From NCBI GenBank assembly GCA_032718475.1, contig JAUCBJ010006395.1, forward strand, positions 1-42,515: 42,515 nucleotides of DNA. The letters are read 5' to 3'. Below the pieces are notes generated by a model that did not search any database, had not been told where the DNA came from, and saw only the letters and a list, made by a program, of their open reading frames with translations. Position 1 is the stretch's first letter. Every line of letters starts with the position of its first letter. The position numbers and the translations under genes were made by a program. The DNA is from Nemertoderma westbladi. Its lineage: Eukaryota > Animalia > Xenacoelomorpha. Positions 12,781 to 24,603 of the stretch are shown piece by piece.

Positions 12781-15047
12781 TCTAATATATATAAATATCG
12801 ATTGTCTGTGTGTTTGTCATCGGCTATACAATCGAACCCATCTCGATGAAATCTCGCGTGCTATAGCTCGTTAGAAAGGTCTCGCTCTAACTCGTTGCAA
12901 CGTAATACTCAGAGTCGTCTGAAGTTCGCCCGTCTGCCGCTAGAGGGCGATTTTCGTTATTTTCGGGCTAAATTTATCGAATTATTTCGGTTCTTCTATC
13001 GGTAATTAATTATTTAGAGGGCTAACATTTATCCCACCTGGTATAAAATTAACATGGGTAGATTCGCCGTGTCCCATTCTCACAAAGTTTTTATTTTATT
13101 CGAGTGTTTAATATAAATATGTATGATTATTTATTGATTAAAAACCAAATAGTGTATAAATATGTCATATTCGCCAAGCACGATCGAATTGGCCTATTGG
13201 TATTGAATAGGGAAGGATTGTTTTCTGTATCATAGCAAAGTTAAGGTAATTATTGAACTCGCAGCTAGCTGGCTGGGCACAGATAAGGAGCAAGCAGGCT
13301 GGAGTGTTGATTGGGGTGGGTTTGGGTTGTCTATTGCGAATTGCTCAGAGTAATTCTGCTTTCTCAATCATTGGCTGCATGGAAGGAGAGGTTTATAACA
13401 TTTTTGTTTTACTGTTATGAATATTAAAAGTAAAATAATTATTTCTCTACGCCTGTACTTACTGTATTATTATTTTATCTAATATTATACATCTAATCTT
13501 GATGAAATCTCGCTTACTATAGCTCGTTAGATAGGTCTCGCCCTAACTCGTTGCAACGTAATACTCAGAGCCGTCTGAAGTTCCCCTGTCTGCCGCCAGA
13601 GGGCGAATTGTCCGATACTGAAAACCTGATCTCATTGGGTTGTTTTTAATGCTTTTGAGCTGAAACTTGGTTGCTATATACTGCAGCAGCAGCATAGGCT
13701 TTATAATTCCGGAGTCACTGAGTTGTCCACAGTTCCCCAGTCTACCGTTAGAGGGCTAAATGTCTGAGAGTTAACATCTTCTCCAACTTTATTATTTACA
13801 ATCCGTTTTGACTGAAACTTTGTAGGCATCTACTACAGCATAGGCTGAATCTTTACTGAGTCGCAGAGTCGTGTACAATTTCCCAGTCTACCGCTAGAGG
13901 GCGAAATGTCTGCAAGTTAACATCTTCTCCAACTTTGTTATTTATAATCCATTTAGACTGAACTTGGTAGGCATCTACTACAGCATAGGCTATATCTTTA
14001 CTGAGTCGCGCAGGGTTGTCTACAGTACCCGCGTCTGCCGCTAGAGGGCGAAATGTATGAAAGGTAACATCTTCTCCAACTTTGTTATTTACAATCCTTT
14101 TAGACTGAAACTTGGTAGGCATCTACTATAGCATAGGCTATATCTTTGCGGAGTTGTAGAGTCGTCTACAATTCCCCAGTCTACCGCTAGAGGGCGAAAT
14201 GTCTGAAAGTTAACATCTTCTCCAACTTTGTTATTTTTAATGCTTTTGAGCTGAAACTTGGTAGCTATATACTGCAGCATAGGCTGTATATTTCCGGAGT
14301 CACTGATTTGTCTACAGTTCCCCAGTCTACCGTTAGAGGGCTAAATGTCTGAGAGTTAACATCTTCTCCAACTTTGTTATTTACAATCCGTTTAGACTGA
14401 AACTTGGTAGGCATCTACTACAGCATAGGCTTTATCTTTACTGAGTCGCGCAGAGTTGTCTACATTACCTGCGTCTGCCGCTAGAGGGCGAAATGTATGA
14501 AAGTTAACATCTCCTCCAACTTTGTTATTTACAATCCTTTTAGACTGAAACTTGGTAGGCATCTACTATAGCATAGGCTATATCTTTGCGGAGTAGTAGA
14601 GACGTCTACAGTTCCACAGTCAGCCGCTAGAGGGCGAATTGTCTGATAGTGAAAACCTCATCCCATTTGGTTCTTTTTAATCTTTTTGAGCTAAAACTTG
14701 GCAGGTATCTACTACATCATAGGCTGTATCTTTAGGGAGTTGCAGAGTCCTATACACTTCCCCAGTCTACTGTTATTTACTAACGGTTTAGACTGAAACT
14801 TGGTAGGCATCTACTACAGCATAGGCTGTACCTTTACGGAGTCGATCTGAAAGTGATCATTTTCTGGAAATTTTGTTATTTACAATCTGCCTAAAGTTGA
14901 AATTTGACAGTTATCTCTTATGGGGGTGGTGTTTTATTTAATGATGGTGTCTGTTCCATATGCAGTTCTCAAATCTCCCACACATAGTCATATATCATCT
15001 GCAGGTGCACTAGAAAGCTGTGGCCCGAAGGGCCACAGGCTTTCTAG
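12781..15047 (+). mobile_element. Non-autonomous Helitron (2267 bp)
   Basis: Starts TCTAATATATATAAA and ends CTAG after a GC-rich hairpin (TGTGGCCC-GAA-GGGCCACA). Inserted between A and T with no TSD; the other LTR shows the empty site AAATCAAATA|TTCCCTAAT. Confidence 0.92.
13490..14845 (+). repeat. ~146-bp tandem repeat array inside the Helitron
   Basis: The CCGYYAGAGGGC core recurs at 13593, 13745, 13891, 14038, 14184, 14330, 14478 and 14624, plus a lone copy at 12937. Array edges are approximate. Confidence 0.88.
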
Positions 15048-15275
15048 TTCCCTAATAAATACATATTCTATAAAATACATTTAACTTTAGCATAAATAAA
15101 TATAATAAACCAATGTAAGATACTTTATGGAGATAATTCAACTAAATAATCAACAATATTAACATAAAAATATGACGCCTAAATCACTATAATATTATCA
15201 AATAAATTAATGCAAGATAATATGACGTTACGCAATTCACAAACGTTCTATATAAGCTACAGTCGCGACAGTCAC

Positions 15276-15836
15276 TACTGCGTTCTGTCGTGCCCCACTG
15301 GAGGATTTCCTTCCTTCAGGCACAACGAGATCCGGCACTCTGTCGCTGATGCTCTGATGGAGGTGTCACATAATGTGGCTGTGGAGCCAGTCCTCCAACC
15401 GCTAACGGGCGAGCAGTTTGAACACCGCAGCACTTCAACGGACCAGCTGGTGAGATTGGACGTCTCAGTGAGCGGCTTCTGGGGCAATCGGTTCCAGAAG
15501 ACGTTCCTGGTCGTCTCAGTCTTCAATCCACTGGCAGAAACTAATGCCACTATGTCTCTACCGTCAGCCCACCTTTACCATGAAGCGCGGAAGAAACTAA
15601 AGTGTCAGGAACGAGTGAGGGAGGTGGAACACGCCACCTTCACGCCTCTGATATTCTCCGCGTTTGGTGGTATGGAGCCTTCGGCCATACATCTGGTGAA
15701 GCGGTTGGTACCGCCTGGTAGAGAAGCGAGAAACGCGGTACGCGGAGTGCATCACATGGGTTCGGCGAGAAAGTTGAACTTCGCGTTGTTGCGCTCGGCC
15801 CTCATGTGTCTCCATGGACACCAGTCGGATGCTTGA
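15276..15836 (+). mobile_element. CRE-like non-LTR retrotransposon fragment, downstream half (REL endonuclease)
   Basis: LSCPTGGFPSFRHNEIR, VEPVLQPL, RLDVSVSGFW, E..KK.K and FTPLIFSAFGGM are REL-endonuclease motifs of CRE-like elements. Joins 913-1063 across the TSD. Confidence 0.85.
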
Positions 15837-16189
15837 CGACCCATTCGCTGCACAAATTCAGTTGCAGACACAGTCATTGTGCATGCGAATGCGGATGTTG
15901 CCCCACCGCCACCACCATAGACCCCAACGAGTGCAGAAAAGACCACGAAGAAACGGTAATGTTGAAACCGTTAGAAATATTTGACAAATAAGGGGTCATA
16001 CATGTGGAATCGAAATGTACAGAATATGAAGAAAATATCGTGATACTGGTCAACGTAAAAAAGGCTCGACATGAATAACTGACTATTGTATGGGATGGAC
16101 GCACAATCTCCCCCATAGCCTTCAAATTGCTTTAAATTCGAGCACTCGTCTGATAAAGGGTCAATGACTGAGGTCTACATAACGCCGGT

Positions 16190-16480
16190 TATCTGAAGTA
16201 ACTTTCAGAATCCACTATAAAATTGACCTTCTCGCCTGGAAAGCATCGATTGGCTCCGCCTCCAGGTAACTTCGGGACATCAAACTGAGTGCCTGTATTA
16301 GTAGGCCGGCCTATGGTCGTTACCATCCAACCTTCAACCTATGAAGCATTTGGTGCTAAATATTTCGGTTAGGCAGCCCCAATGTTCTTCAATAGCCTCT
16401 CCCTAAACGTTAGAACAGCAACAGAGACGTGTAGACCTAGTAAACAGTTTTAGAGTCGGCTTAAAGCTGAACATTTCTTT
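16190..16480 (+). mobile_element. Highly decayed L2/CR1-like LINE 3' fragment
   Basis: RIHYKIDLLAWKASIGSA and AAPMFFNSL resemble the L2 ORF2 C-terminal motifs RIxFKILLLxYKAL and AAPxLWNxL. Confidence 0.45.
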
Positions 16481-18685
16481 ATAACCGAGCATTAAACCAT
16501 TAAAAGTGCCTTAAAATATACTTACATAACTGTAGTATATAGCCGATACGTAGAGTGTTGTAATAGTAGGCCTATACATTATTTGAATTTACCTGCATTT
16601 GAAAAAGCCAAATGACATGATTCTTGTCATTTTGAAAAAGCAAAATGACACGGTTCATGTCATTTTTTACTTTTAAAATGACACGATTTATGTCATTTTA
16701 GAAAAGTTGCACATAAAAAACTTACTTTGACAGGCCGTTCTGGGCCACCGTACTTCCAGACATCTCCTTTATTTACTAAACATATCACCGACTTCGTTTC
16801 TTTCCATCTTCCATCATCTTATTTCCTTGTAAACTGTATAGGAACTGTACCAAATGCAGTTGAATCGGTTGTACAGTTTACATTTAAAGTAGGCCCTAAA
16901 GTTTTTGTACATTCAAAGCATTAGGGAAAGGAGCTGGTTACAGTTGCCTTGTTTTCTAACCAAAATAATAAAATTAACTTTTGGTCGAGATAAATTAGCT
17001 TTGGTCTGCGATAATATTGCCTGCAATATGGCAAAACTTTACTCCACGGGGGGGGGGGGGGGGGGGGCTAAATTTGTCTCCAGTGAACGTATTACTGTAC
17101 AATTTGTATCAGTCCATCCATAGGTTCATTTACTGGGTTCACCCACGGCCAGCCAATTAGGAAACAGTCATAGCTGGTAAGAGCGAGCCATGCGGTATGA
17201 GTACAATAAATAAATGATCAATTTAGTATTTAAAAAATTGGAAGTCATGAAGAAATCAATATGAAAGCTAAATCCGGATAATTTCAATTTGCGAAATACA
17301 ATTAGTTTTCTTTATACAGTAGCTATTGAATGTGTTTATATTATTGTGTGTATTAATAAATCACTCAAGTAATAATAAAATATGGTAAATACTGTACTGT
17401 ATTATCTACACTACTTTAACTTTCTACAGATTTTCCTTAATGAGACAACCATAAGATATTTTAGTTTATCATTAATACTCGCTTTTTCTTTACACATTGC
17501 TGGGGCAACAAACCAGTATTATATCCGTATAATCCTGATTTTTCGAGGTAATATACGCCAAACATGAATTTATTGAAGATGTGAAATATTATGAGATTAT
17601 AATAGCTAGTAATTCTTGATTGTACTAAAAAACCATATACTGTATTAAATGCTGCTACGCAAGGTGGAACTGCGATGGAAGTAGCTAAACTTAGCCCCCA
17701 TTTTTGTACTGTAGGCCTACTGATTTTGGAGAGAATAAGCCTACCGTAACGAATTTCAATTTCACTCCATAATGATTTTGTTCCATATGTCATGTTCTTA
17801 TCATTCTATGTGGATTTACCCAATAATCAAGTAGTACCCAAAGCTTTCGTAATAATGTGAGATGGTAATCGTGGCATTGGTACACCTTGGGTACCCATTG
17901 ACCAGATTTTGACCAGATGTTATAGAAGATGTGCTAGCTATCAACTTTAATAAGTTTTATTATTTACGCAAGCTAGTTTTTTCAACTTTTTTATAAATGT
18001 TATAGAACACTGTTAACTATCAATTTTGATAAATATTTTTGTTCTAGAACACATTTTTTTTTGTTCTAGAACATTTTATTAAAAATGTATAGTACCGGTA
18101 CAGTAATCATAAATACATACAACCCATATTAAATATAAATCATCATTTTAAATCATTAGTAGACCTCTTAGAACTGCAGTATTTGGAATCTACATAGAAC
18201 TTATAACACACAAACACAGAGTTGTGATTGAAGTTCTAAATAAGTTTTATTTTTATAAGTATAAAAAGTAGGCCTACTAGCTAACACAAAATCAAAATTA
18301 CTAGCTACCCTCTTACTGACAGAAGGTAAAATATTTGTTCGAGAACAAAAACAATTCATTTTCAAAAGAAAACAATTATAAAAATTTTTCAAATTTAATT
18401 TTTATCACTAGCTAAAAAAAGTAGGCCTACTAGCTAACACAAAATAAAAATTATTAGCTACCATCCTACTGTCAGAAGGTAAAATATTTGTTATAGAAAA
18501 AAAACCTCATGATAAAAGCCATTTTCATATGAAATAAATTGATCAAACTATGGGTACCCATGGTGTAATAATGCCAATCACTACTGTAAAGCAAAACTCT
18601 GCGCATGAAATTAACTAATTTCTTACCCACACTCAGCAAAAAGCTCGAATTAATGATAAACGAATTATTGTCTGTTCGAGAAAGG

Positions 18686-18855
18686 GATAAACAGAGAATA
18701 TCACCTGTCCTAGGAGTGATATACGATATATCAACTTGAAGCAAATAAACTTCTATAACTACCGAGGCAGAAGGCCTAGGTTGTTATACAAAGTTTATTT
18801 GCTGAAGGTTTATATATCGTATATCACTCCTAGGACAGGTGATATTCTGTTTATC
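18686..18855. repeat. ~170-bp imperfect palindrome
   Basis: GATAAACAG..AATATCACCTGTCCTAGGAGTGATATACGATATAT is mirrored by ATATATCGTATATCACTCCTAGGACAGGTGATATTCTGTTTATC around a central CCGAGGCAGAAGGCCTAGG. Confidence 0.9.
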
Positions 18856-19135
18856 ACATATGTTCGAACTTATTGAACACGAAGAGGGCCATCCTGGATA
18901 ATAAGGTAAAGCGAACCCCACTCCACAATTTAGTATTTTCCTCTCCAAATTTTTTATTATAGCTAGTACTTTTAGCTTTTTGTATAGAAATCGTTCTAGA
19001 ATATGCTAGATATTTATTTTGAAAAAATGAACCCTCAGTTACAAATATTTTTTATTCCAGAACATTATTTAGGAAAATATCTTGATTATATTTTAAACAC
19101 ATGGGAACGATTAATTATACACCACCTAAAGGGAA

Positions 19136-19315
19136 GGCTGCGTTCACACTACCGAGTCAAAGTCAAATGAAAATAAATGTACAGTAGCTAGAAATAATAA
19201 ATACATTATATAATATAATACATAAGCAGATAAGGGCATTCTATAAAAAATTAAATTGTGTTTCACAATTTTTGTCTTTTGACTTTGACTTCAACTCGGT
19301 AGTGTGAACGTGGAT
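19136..19315. mobile_element. Small MITE (possibly Harbinger-like)
   Basis: Inverted repeat CGTTCACACTACCGAGT at 19141-19157 and 19294-19310. No clear TSD. Confidence 0.6.
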
Positions 19316-19732
19316 TAAGAATGTTTGGAATTGCTTCTTTTTTTTATTTAAGAACAAGTTCGCTACCGGTAATATATAAGAAATGTTCTAGAATTTATAT
19401 TTAATAACCAACATTGTGTAGGGCCTACACAAAATATTAAAAATAGCAAAATCTAGCTAGTACATATATCATTTTTGTAATTAAAAAAACACAATTAATT
19501 AGTACTACAAGTTTCAAATAATTATAGATTAATTTGCTTCAGGTATTATATTCCGTTCTCGAACAGACAATAATTATAGTTTATAATTTATAGTATATCT
19601 CATTTGATTTCTTACAAGTATGAGATTATATTTTTACTTGAATCTGAGTTGTTTACATAAAATATGTAGTTTGAAGACCTAGGCCTATAGGTCGTTATAT
19701 TCCCAATGAACAGAAGAAGTGACCGTTTGGTT

Positions 19733-19804
19733 TTATTGATTAAATATAGAAAGATAGTCTTGTAAATGCAATTGTGAAAGTCCAGGTAATTGGTTGATGT
19801 TGAT
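19733..19804 (-). CDS. FAM181-like gene, predicted terminal coding exon 3
   Basis: Acceptor TTATTTCAG, phase 0, reading ININQLPGLSQLHLQDYLSIFNQ then stop. Supported by splice signals only, not by homology. Confidence 0.5.
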   Translation of the reverse strand: MNINQLPGLSQLHLQDYLSIFNQ

Positions 19805-19893
19805 CTGAAATAATATAATTAAAATTTTGTTAATTTATACAAGTATGTGGCTCTAGGAATACTAGAAATATTGATATGAATTTATTCGACCAC

Positions 19894-21339
19894 TACTGTA
19901 AGTATTTCTGTATTACTGTAAGTATTTCTGTATTACTGTAAGTATTTCTGTATTACTGTAAGTATTTCTGTATTACTGTAAGTATTTCTGTATTACTGTA
20001 AGTATTTCTGTATTACTGTAAGTATTTCTGTATTACTGTAAGTATTTCTGTATTAGTGTAAGTATTTCTGTATTACTGTAAGTATTTCTGTATTACTGTA
20101 AGTATTTCTGTATTACTGTAAGTATTTCTGTATTACTGTAAGTATTTCTGTATTACTGTAAGTATTTCTGTATTACTGTAAGTATTTCTGTATTACTGTA
20201 AGTATTTCTGTATTACTGTAAGTATTTCTGTATTACTGTAAGTATTTCTGTATTACTGTAAGTATTTCTGTATTACTGTAAGTATTTCTGTATTACTGTA
20301 AGTATTTCTGTATTACTGTAAGTATTTCTGTATTACTGTAAGTATTTCTGTATTACTGTAAGTATTTCTGTAATACTGTAAGTATTTCTGTATTACTGTA
20401 AGTATTTCTGTATTACTGTAAGTATTTCTGTATTACTGTAAGTATTTCTGTATTACTGTAAGTATTTCTGTATTACTGTAAGTATTTATGTATTACTGTA
20501 AGTATTTCTGTATTACTGTAAGTATTTCTGTATTACTGTAAGTATTTCTGTATTACTGTAAGTATTTCTGTATTACTGTAAGTATTTCTGTATTACTGTA
20601 AGTATTTCTGTATTACTGTAAGTATTTCTGTATTACCGTAAGTATTTCTGTATTACTGTAAGTATTTCTGTATTACTGTAAGTATTTCTGTATTACTGTA
20701 AGTATTTCTGTATTACTGTAAGTATTTCTGTATTACTGTAAGTATTTCTGTATTACTGTAAGTATTTCTGTATTACTGTAAGTATTTCTGTATTACTGTA
20801 AGTATTACTGTATTACTGTAAGTATTACTGTAAGTATTTCTGTATTACTGTAAGTATTACTGTAAGTATTTCTGTATTACTGTAAGTATTTCTGTATTAC
20901 TGTAAGTATTTCTGTATTACTGTAAGTATTTCTGTATTACTGTAAGTATTTCTGTATTACTGTAAGTATTTCTGTATTACTGTAAGTATTTCTGTATTAC
21001 TGTAAGTATTTCTGTATTACTGTAAGTATTTCTGTATTACTGTAAGTATTTCTGTATTACTGTAAGTATTTCTGTATTACTGTAAGTATTTCTGTATTAC
21101 TGTAAGTATTTCTGTATTACTGTAAGTATTTCTGTATTACTGTAAGTATTTCTGTATTACTGTAAGTATTTCTGTATTACTGTAAGTATTTCTGTATTAC
21201 TGTAAGTATTTCTGTATTACTGTAAGTATTTCTGTATTACTGTAAGTATTTCTGTATTACTGTAAGTATTTCTGTATTACTGTAAGTATTTCTGTATTAC
21301 TGTAAGTATTTCTGTATTACTGTAAGTATTTCTGTATTA
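19894..21339. repeat. 20-bp minisatellite (TACTGTAAGTATTTCTGTAT)n, about 72 copies
   Basis: Near-perfect tandem array with a short irregular phase shift near 20805-20865. Confidence 0.98.
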
Positions 21340-21532
21340 AATAGATATTGTGAATAGGCCCCTACTAAATTTGCACAATAGAAGGATACCACTGATAATT
21401 ATGTGAATCGTTTAGAAATATAGCTGCATTAGACCTACAAGTAGGCTACTCACTCAGATAGGCCTACAGTACTCACTCAGATAGACCTACGTAGACGTAG
21501 GCCTACGTACATTACGTTATTGTATTTCTTAC

Positions 21533-21964
21533 CTCGACTTCAGCCAAATCACTGAGACTGTTGTATTCAACAACTACACCGCCCCCGTCATCATTAATGA
21601 ATTTATCCAATTTACCAACATATATTGTTTGTGATGAAAGCGATTCCGTGATAAGGCCTGATTTATTCGTGACGTCCTCACTTTTGTTTAATGTTTCGCC
21701 GTTTAATGTATCGGCACAGCAGACTACGTTAGTAATGCACTGGGTGTGAGTTACATCAAACAGATCACGATACTCCTTAACATTGTAACTCAAACTGCGA
21801 GTCTCGATGATCTTCTTGTTTGAGGTCGATGATTTGTAAATCTCCGAATTGTTTGAATGTTTTAACTTCGACTGTATTTTATTTATTTCCCCATATTTCT
21901 GGGTTTCCCGTCGTAAACCAAAATGTTTTTTCTTCTGTTTCGTCTGAACTTTACCAGTTGTTGA
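21533..21964 (-). CDS. FAM181-like gene, predicted coding exon 2
   Basis: Acceptor ATTTTAG at 21965 and donor GAG|GTAAGA at 21532 bound a 432-nt open frame in phase 0 with exon 1 (STTGKVQ...TRSLSYNVKEYRDLFD...DLAEVE). Confidence 0.72.
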
Positions 21965-23361
21965 CTAAAATTTATAATATTACGTGTGAGACAGCAGTCG
22001 AAAAATTGACTTTATGTCATCAGTAAGTAATAATTCGTAATAATAGGCTAATATATGTTAGCAACTATGTAACACAATTGTGTCAGTGTCCAAAGAAAGG
22101 GCCCTTAAAAGTTTAAAACGCCGTTTCTGTTTATCTCACATTTAGTCGGATTGGTCAAAAAAATCGATTTTCTTTTTATTATCTCATTATGTCCGAAATT
22201 TTATGGAGATTTCAAATATACAATCGGCTTCGTCATATCTTTTTTTGTTTTGACGCTTTGTAGCGAAGAATAAGTGACACTCAAAAATTGTTAAAACACA
22301 AAAATTTAAATTGTTAGAAATCCGAAATAATCACTTATATGCTCTGATTCACAATCTACACAGGTTTTGTGAAGTGGCGAATTCAATGACAATATTTATG
22401 AGGTGACTGAATGGACGGCTATATTATTTCTCGTTGGGTGCTAAATTTGAAATTTTGGAGCTGGCACCACATTTTTGCACCCAGTGAAAAGTGGCAGTTC
22501 CATTGGTCTGTTTGTGTATTACTTGGATCCGTTGAATTCCTTATCACAGAGAACCTATAAAAAAATGAAATTCATAATATTCAATGAAATTTCATGAAAT
22601 CAAAAATTTGACATTTTGGTGCTGGTACCAACATTTAGCACCCAGTGAAAGGTAGTAATTTCGTTTTCCTTGTAGAATTATATTTAGTTCAGTTGAATTC
22701 GCCTCCCAAAAAAACCTAGAACATGCCAAAATACAGTAGAGATCTTTAAATGAAAGTTCATTAAACCGATACAATTTGAATTTGAAATTCAATGTTGGCA
22801 TGCATACCAGCTTCAATCTACTGAACTTTAAAACATCTATTTACTCCACTTTGTTAATTTGCATATAACATGGATCTTCAAAACAAATTTGTCATAACTT
22901 GGTCAACAGTGATCATAAAGATCCCAATTTGGGAATCAAAATGACCACCTTTTATAGGGGAATACAATTCCACAATAAACAAAACTGACTGACACATATG
23001 CTGCTAACTGTATGCCTGCTGTAGATATTGCTTTTTACAGTAGGGCCTAAGCCTAAGAATGCTTTTAATTTTTCTTCCTAGACGCAAGGATAACAACATA
23101 TTGAGAAAGACTTGTGAGAGAGAGAATCTATTATCATTATTATCTATGTACTGTCAGACTGTATCTGCATGTTGCACAACGTTTCTGTACAGTGTAGGCA
23201 TAGGCCAGTAGACCTACACACACATGGCTGCATGGCCTACATCATGTATGTAGTAAATAAGGTTAAATTTTGCAACAGTTTATCTGTAAAGTAGTTGTTG
23301 TATCAGCGTTTAGGCCTACTGTAGAAAAATGTAAAAATATAAGCTAAGAAATAAGAATCAC

Positions 23362-23553
23362 CTGTAAGGTGTCCGCACGTTTAATCTGTCGCTGGATATA
23401 TTTCCGGTGATTTACAGGTCGTCGGATTTTTCCCGGTTGTCCCAAAGTGTATCTCAAGTTGGTAGAAGCGAAATCCACAAAGTTTAATAGACTTCCATCG
23501 TTACTATTAGAGTCATGCAAAGGTAAGGAGACGGAATTCTGGTGAGCCAACAT
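23362..23553 (-). CDS. FAM181: FAM181-family protein, coding exon 1
   Basis: LLNFVDFASTNLRYTLGQPGKIRRPVNHRKYIQRQIKR matches the conserved FAM181 N-terminal block (LLNFVNLASSDIKAALDK...RRSVDHRKYLQKQLKR in vertebrate FAM181A). Donor CAG|GTGATT after 64 codons; an acceptor-like AG lies 2 nt upstream of the ATG. Confidence 0.85.
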
Positions 23554-24210
23554 CGCTATAAATACGCAATAATAATAAATACTGTATAATTATTGAAATT
23601 ATTATACTTACAATTAATATTAGATTATACAGTGAAATAATTATTTCCAGTCTTATATTGTGTGTTTTTGTATGAGAAGCATATCCCTTTGATTATCAGG
23701 TTGATTTCCCTAACAACGGCCACTAAACCCAACCCGAACAACACAAAGATGGTCAAACGCGACAGCTTGTCTTCGCCAATAAAAATAAATTGAGTGAGTG
23801 GAGTGGTAAGCCATTTCGGGATAGAGAGCACAGTTTGTGGATTGTAATAGAGTCGTAAACTTGGCTACTTGCGGTGATTACAGTAGCTGAAGCTGGTGTT
23901 GTTTTTGGGAACCAATTACTGAGTTAAGATAATAATAGATATTAACAATTAAGGCCAGAGAACTGAATCTAACGAAATAATAGCCGCATGGAAAGGCACT
24001 GAGTTTACCGAAATATTCGAATTGTGTACAATTGTAACGTAATTTCCTAAATTAATTCAACATTAAAAAAAAAACGCCATTATACTGTCTTGCCGTCCGT
24101 GGCCTGGAAATTCAGAGAATTTAATGTAATCTAATCATACATGAATTCTTTCAATTTAATTTCAAATGTATAGGGATAAATAACTATATACTGTACTGTA
24201 GTATAAAATG

Positions 24211-24460
24211 GGTGTAAGTAAACGTTGTACCAAAACTGTGCCGACAGTGTCGGCATAACGTGCGGACAGTGTGCAGATAATGTGCTGACAATGTGCCGAC
24301 AGTGTCGGCATTACGTTGTGCCGACAGTGTCGTTGTTACGTTGTGCATACTGTGTCGAAATTACGTTGTGCCGACACTGTCGGCACAGTGTCCCCACATT
24401 ATCGGCACACTGTCGGCACTACGTTATGCCGACAATAAACGTCGGTACAACGTTTACACC
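24211..24460. mobile_element. MITE with internal palindromic repeats
   Basis: Terminal inverted repeat GTAAACGTTGTACC/GGTACAACGTTTAC; the body is built from TGCCGACAGTGTCGGCA units. Confidence 0.7.
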
Positions 24461-24519
24461 GTATGAAAAGTTATGAACAGCTGTTGTGTTTCATTTGTTT
24501 CAAGGGACAGAGGGAACTA

Positions 24520-24603
24520 TGACAATGCGCCCCGGATAATTGCCGCCGAAGACAATTGCCCTCCGGACTATCGCCCCCCGGACAATTGCCCATCGGACAA
24601 TTG
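24520..24603. repeat. 15-bp tandem repeat (GGACAATTGCCCCCC-like)
   Basis: Five to six degenerate copies, resembling a DNA-transposon subterminal array. Confidence 0.65.

Larger units (their letters stand above)
1064..15270 (-). mobile_element. Degenerate full-length BEL/Pao LTR retrotransposon with nested insertions
   Basis: Two direct repeats with TG...CA termini (1064-5716 and 11837-15270), 5-bp TSD GTCAC at 1059-1063 and 15271-15275, PBS and PPT in minus orientation, and internal gag-PR-RT-RNaseH-IN domain order. Confidence 0.95.
11837..15270 (-). repeat. 5' LTR (about 1167 bp without the Helitron)
   Basis: Matches the 3' LTR at both ends and is bounded by the PBS and the TSD. Confidence 0.92.

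Noticed and set aside
16722-16960. Possible minus-strand exon relic ending in a GTAAG donor
   Set aside because: It has in-frame stops and no recognisable domain, and it does not supply the FAM181 omega loop.
13490-21339. CRISPR interpretation of the tandem arrays
   Set aside because: There are no unique spacers and no cas genes, and the context is eukaryotic.
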